A DNA stretch of 64,000 bases from Amoebophrya sp. A120 (Eukaryota > Protista > Dinoflagellata), in contig CAJINV010000002.1 in the NCBI GenBank assembly GCA_905178155.1, forward strand, positions 1,919,216 through 1,983,215, written 5' to 3'. This document shows positions 60,901 to 64,000 of this stretch, in pieces. Each line of letters opens with the position of its first letter. The stretch's first letter is position 1. The notes beneath the pieces were generated by a model, which worked only from the letters and a program-made list of their open reading frames with translations, searched no databases and was not told the origin of the DNA. The position numbers and the translations under genes are program-made.

Positions 60901-63900
60901 TGCATCACAAATGAGGGGGACGAAGGGAAGTGATGCACTCTCATACGGATTTGTAGTTGGCAATGATCCTTTTCGACGGCTTGGTCATGAGAGTGACTAG
61001 CTCTTCTGTGGAAGTCGCGGCCTTTGTTTCCTCCTGCTTACGACCTCGTGCGGAAGCCGGGGTTGCGCCAGTAGCATTACCGTGCTCCGCTACCTGTTCC
61101 TCGACGAAAAACCCGAACCCTTCTCCGGGCGAAATCTCCTGCTTCACGTTCACAGACAGCTGCACAAACTGTGTCATACTCTTCTGCCTGAGAAATTCAA
61201 ACGACCCGACAAGTGTCGTTGTGTTCTGTAGGTATTTTTTCGGCAAAAACTTTTGCTTCTCTTCCTTCGCATCCAACGGTTTCCCGTCTTTATTCAGTTT
61301 CACCGCTTTTTTCTTCATCCGGCCGGTAGTTGGATCTAGCTCCATCTCCTCAGGGTCTTCATCCTCCTCCCCGGGTTGCTCTGGGTCCTTGTAGATATCA
61401 TTTCTCGACAGCATCTTCAACAAGACCGCCTCGTCCGGGTCGTTCCCGGGCCAAAGTCGGACGTTTTCGATCGGCTCTTCGTTCACGAATAACAACCTGT
61501 CCCCGACTTGCACCTTTTCATGCACTATCCTGTGCAAAAGTATCGTACTCGTATAAATCCGCTAAAATTTCTATGCAGAATCTGACGGACAAGTCGGTGA
61601 GAAGTCGGTTGCGAAGTTGGTTGCGAAGTTGGTGCGGAAGTCGGTGAGAAGTGGCGCGCGCCACTTCTCACCGACTTCCGCACCAACTTCGGTGAGAAGT
61701 GGCGTCGCGCCGCGACATGCTGGCGTCGTTCTCGCCTCGACCAAGCGACGCGTCGCGTCACTCCGTCGCTGCGAGTTATATCGTGCTCGCTGCTTGCAGT
61801 TGCCACTGCAGCTGCAAGAGCTGGAAGGAACAGCGCTGCAGATAAATGGAAAGAAGACCGCAGTCTTGTTCTGTCCGTTTATCTGCAGTGCAGTTTCATC
61901 AGTTAGCACGACGGAACCACGCGCAAAGCCGTATACAAGAGGCGGCAGGCCGCGCGACCGTGATTTCTGCGCGCGCGCATCTGTCCTGCGTGCAGCCATC
62001 AAAGAAAGAATCGCCGGAAGCGGAAGACAGCTTCCCTCGGCGATGTGGAGCTGCGCGCGGCTTGGGCGGGCAAGCTTTGAACGCCGGCCATTCTCGCCTG
62101 GCGCTGATTAATTAATTGATTAGCTGAGCAGCCAATTACTCAGCTAATCAATTGATATATTGTCTGCGTTTTATTTGTTTTCACAAAAAAACGCGAGTTT
62201 GCGTGCGCCCTACATCAAGTAATGCGCAAATCAATAGCTCACTTCTCAACAACTTCTCCACGCACTTCTCAACAGCTTCGCGACGAACTTCCCGACGCAC
62301 TTCGCAGCAAGCTTTAAGCTTTTGGAGGCGTCATGCAAGAATTAGCGTGACGCCTCCAAAAGCTCAAAGCTTGCCGCAGAATGCGCCGGAATGTTCGTCG
62401 CGAAGCTGGTAAGATGAAGTGCGTAGAGATGTTGTTGAGAAGTGAGTTATTGCTTTGTGCATTAATTGATGTAACGCGCCGCGCTTGCCGCAAAATGCGG
62501 CGTCGGCGTGCTTTTTACGTGCGGCCACGAATCGAGGCCCGGGATATTCCTTCTGAGACGTCCTAGCCGGAAGCCTGTCAGGAGCTTCGCGTGGATTTCA
62601 ACTCTGCGTCAAGCGTCGGAACAACCGCGGCAAGCGGTCTACGCCAACTTCTCAACAGCTGGGAAGTTGGTGAAAAGGTTGGGAAGAAGTTGATCATAAG
62701 TTGTTGGGAAGTTGGTGAGAAGTTATATTCATGCCAGTAGCGGATTTATACGAGTACGATACTTTTGCACAGGATATGCACGTACTGGTTCCATTTCGTT
62801 TTTTTCTCGTACACGGAAGCAACTTTCACGTTCGGAAACTCGTTCCAATTTAAGGTGAATCCACAGTACGGCCCGAGTTTTTTCTTTCCCGGGAAAACCT
62901 TCTTGTTGTTCAACAGCTCGTAGTCCTCTTCTGTGAAAAACGTGTACGCTATGAGAGTGCACAACTCCCCCTCCCCCTCATTTGTATAGCATGAGGAACA
63001 ACAGAAGCAATGCCAAAAATGTAGCCTTTGCATGAGAAATCCGTAAATGGAATGTAGTCCTATTTGGGGGTGCAAAACTTGTCATGCACAGAGTGCTTAA
63101 AGGCAAGCGCAAGGTGTGAGGTAGGTATTTTGCATGACAAATGAGGGGGAGGGGGAGTTGTGCACCGTCATATACGTCCACCCGATCCCGACCTTCTCGA
63201 TCAGTTTGTTGTTGTGAATCAAAGGGATCAAAGACCGCATAAACGGCGCGGGCTTTTGCGGAATGTTTGTGGCTACTTGCTGTGGTGACCCAGGTTGTTT
63301 CGGCGATAAAACAGGCGAAGACAGCGGTTGTTGCGGTCCTGTTTTCAGCATCTCGATTAAGTTTTGCAAACCGGAATTCTCCAAAACCTCCTCCCTTTCC
63401 GATTTCTTCCCGGCTAAGAGCCCGTTATTTTCCAAGAACTTCAGCGCTTCTAACTGTTGTAGATGAGTCGCTAGCAGTTCCTTCTTCCCCTCTAGACTCG
63501 GTCGGTGTTCCTGGGGTAAAACGGTTGTAGGGACTACCGTATTATTCTCCTTCTTTCGCATGTTTTGGAGGAAGTTGTCGCCGACATACTCCAGCAAGGC
63601 GCTGTTCATCGCGTAGAAGTCGTGCGGGACTTATCCACAAAAAAAGACCCGCCATCCCCATCCAGTTTCCCAGGCAAAACATGCATCAGAGCCAGTGCCT
63701 GCCATGCAAAAAATGGATGGGAATGGGTGTTTTTTCCTGGATAGAACTGGACGGGTTGGATCATCGTGGAGCTCAGGATGGTGGCCAAAGATGCGGTTGC
63801 CGAAGAAGCCTGGAGAGGTGGTACTGGAAGAACTTTGAGTTGCTGCTTGTCCTCTTGGGTCGGCACCATTTTTATCGCCTGGTAGCAACCCAAGAACTTC

Positions 63901-64000
63901 CTCCACGTCGTGAATGAAATTCTCTGCCGCAACTTCCACGTCGTAGACGAGACCCTCCTGGTTTTCTTGTCCTGCGGCGGAGTAGGCGTTAGACGCTGCA
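39961..64000 (-). CDS. Giant protein (>5120 aa, 5' end outside the window) with five tandem PDZ-like pair modules, coiled coils and a helical/ARM-like C-terminus; 26 introners + 1 GT-AG intron (42890-43052)
   Basis: 63939 to 39961 = 23979 nt minus 8604 nt of introns = 15375 nt = 5125 codons; frame is open to the window edge. Repeated motifs FxLDWSxYPxVxV...GDxLL...WPGxxPEEAIL and GSWA...GDxLL. Confidence 0.72.
40253..40572. mobile_element. Introner family D (320 bp)
   Basis: Colinear with 17076-17396; TSD acaat/acagt. Confidence 0.9.
40667..40816. mobile_element. Introner family B (150 bp)
   Basis: Family B TIR; TSD ccgag/ccgag. Confidence 0.9.
41497..41721. mobile_element. Introner family C (225 bp)
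   Basis: Family C TIR; TSD tggcc/tggcc. Confidence 0.92.
42454..42715. mobile_element. Introner family A (262 bp)
   Basis: Family A TIR; TSD cctcc/cctcc. Confidence 0.92.
43245..43398. mobile_element. Introner family B (154 bp)
   Basis: Family B TIR, right end cgta variant; TSD gagca/tcgca. Confidence 0.85.
44847..45054. mobile_element. Introner family E (208 bp)
   Basis: Colinear with 22529-22737, right end ggta variant; TSD tagag/cagag. Confidence 0.88.
45910..46080. mobile_element. Introner family J (171 bp)
   Basis: tatgcaatacaaatttaccg..; TSD tgctg/tgctc. Confidence 0.82.
46178..46395. mobile_element. Introner family C (218 bp)
   Basis: Family C TIR; TSD tccta/gccta. Confidence 0.9.
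47171..47319. mobile_element. Introner family B (149 bp)
   Basis: Family B TIR; TSD aggtt/aggct. Confidence 0.9.
47847..48125. mobile_element. Introner family A (279 bp)
   Basis: Family A TIR; TSD cacga/caccg; interior inverted relative to 42454-42715. Confidence 0.9.
50008..50170. mobile_element. Divergent introner, family B-like (163 bp)
   Basis: tatgcgaggcaaaagca / tgcttttgtaatggaata; TSD tcttc/tcttc. Confidence 0.82.
50652..50796. mobile_element. Introner family B (145 bp)
   Basis: Very similar to 22289-22435; TSD cggcg/cggcg. Confidence 0.92.
53551..54200. mobile_element. Large introner (650 bp)
   Basis: 15-bp perfect TIR tataacccgctcagg, ~50 bp imperfect; TSD cggtt/cggtt; removal gives LTNRVRNLLF. 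Confidence 0.9.
54532..56448. mobile_element. Giant GC-rich foldback-like introner (1917 bp) with an 8-bp TSD
   Basis: 47-bp perfect TIR tatgaacggacaaaatgcaaaaccggacacgaaaaaaaccaagaata; TSD atcctgtt/atcctgtt; removal gives FLEQDVEDAQ. Confidence 0.92.
55429..55554. repeat. Long inverted repeat at the centre of the 1.9-kb element
   Basis: 25-bp perfect stem tctggccaattcttggccaaaaagc (55466-55516) around a single base at 55491; extends imperfectly to ~60-bp arms. Confidence 0.92.
57535..57678. mobile_element. Introner family B (144 bp)
   Basis: Family B TIR; TSD tgtct/tgtct. Confidence 0.9.
57804..57954. mobile_element. Introner family B (151 bp)
   Basis: Family B TIR; TSD gggaa/gggag. Confidence 0.85.
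58682..58827. mobile_element. Introner family B (146 bp)
   Basis: Family B TIR; TSD tttca/tttca. Confidence 0.92.
58889..59044. mobile_element. Introner family B (156 bp)
   Basis: Family B TIR; TSD caatc/ccctc. Confidence 0.85.
59236..59454. mobile_element. Introner family C (219 bp)
   Basis: Family C TIR; TSD tgagc/tgagt. Confidence 0.9.
59637..59792. mobile_element. Introner family J (156 bp)
   Basis: tatgcaatacaaatttcccg / cgggaaatttactgtggata; TSD gttcc/gttcc. Confidence 0.9.
59833..60088. mobile_element. Introner family A (256 bp)
   Basis: Family A TIR; TSD tccgg/tccgg. Confidence 0.92.
60180..60431. mobile_element. Introner family A (252 bp)
   Basis: Family A TIR; TSD gcccg/gcccg. 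Confidence 0.92.
60715..60945. mobile_element. Introner family C (231 bp)
   Basis: Family C TIR; TSD cggat/cggat. Confidence 0.9.
61526..62776. mobile_element. Long family-B introner (1251 bp) filled with palindromes and short tandem repeats
   Basis: 39-bp perfect TIR tatcctgtgcaaaagtatcgtactcgtataaatccgcta; TSD tgcac/tgcac; removal gives QYVHEKVQVGD. Confidence 0.93.
61624..61691. repeat. Perfect 68-bp palindrome built from AAGTYGGT 11-12-bp tandem units
   Basis: cgaagttggtgcggaagtcggtgagaagtggcgc|gcgccacttctcaccgacttccgcaccaacttcg. Confidence 0.93.
62950..63172. mobile_element. Introner family C (223 bp)
   Basis: Family C TIR; TSD tacgc/tacgt. Confidence 0.92.
63632..63743. mobile_element. 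Minimal introner (112 bp)
   Basis: tatccacaaaaaaagaccc / gggtgtttttcctggata; TSD ggact/gaact; removal gives RPVPHDFYAMN. Confidence 0.82.

Noticed and set aside
69-63181. Dozens of short ORFs sharing peptides such as IKCKNVWVWK, FQTQTFLHLI, KMSGSG, QKYRTR and HNSPSPSFV, resembling a repeated protein family
   Set aside because: They are translations of introner TIRs in arbitrary frames and strands, not genes.

Overview
This is eukaryotic protist DNA, most consistent with the syndinian dinoflagellate parasite Amoebophrya (inferred from the unidirectional gene array, the alveolate-type cytochrome c N-terminus and pervasive non-canonical introns). Nine protein-coding genes all lie on the minus strand: a small membrane protein, CLP1, cyclophilin, SEN34, cytochrome c, a ~2285-aa thioredoxin-domain membrane protein, a GT13/GnT-I-like glycosyltransferase, a fatty-acid desaturase and a >5100-aa multi-PDZ-like protein running off the right edge. 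Most genes are fragmented in the ORF track because they are interrupted by 58 non-GT-AG transposon-like introns (introners) that I located by eye. They belong to at least 10 sequence families and share one grammar: a 5-bp target-site duplication (TSD), TAT...ATA termini, terminal inverted repeats (TIRs) and internal GCATNACAA motifs in both orientations. Removing each element plus one TSD copy, along with 11 GT-AG introns, gives a length divisible by 3 for every gene, and the junctions I translated were in frame, including through the Walker A, CxxCH and EDD motifs. Three giant versions (650, 1251 and 1917 bp; the last with an 8-bp TSD and a hairpin at its exact centre) have no recognisable transposase. 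All splicing is inferred from reading frames, not RNA data.
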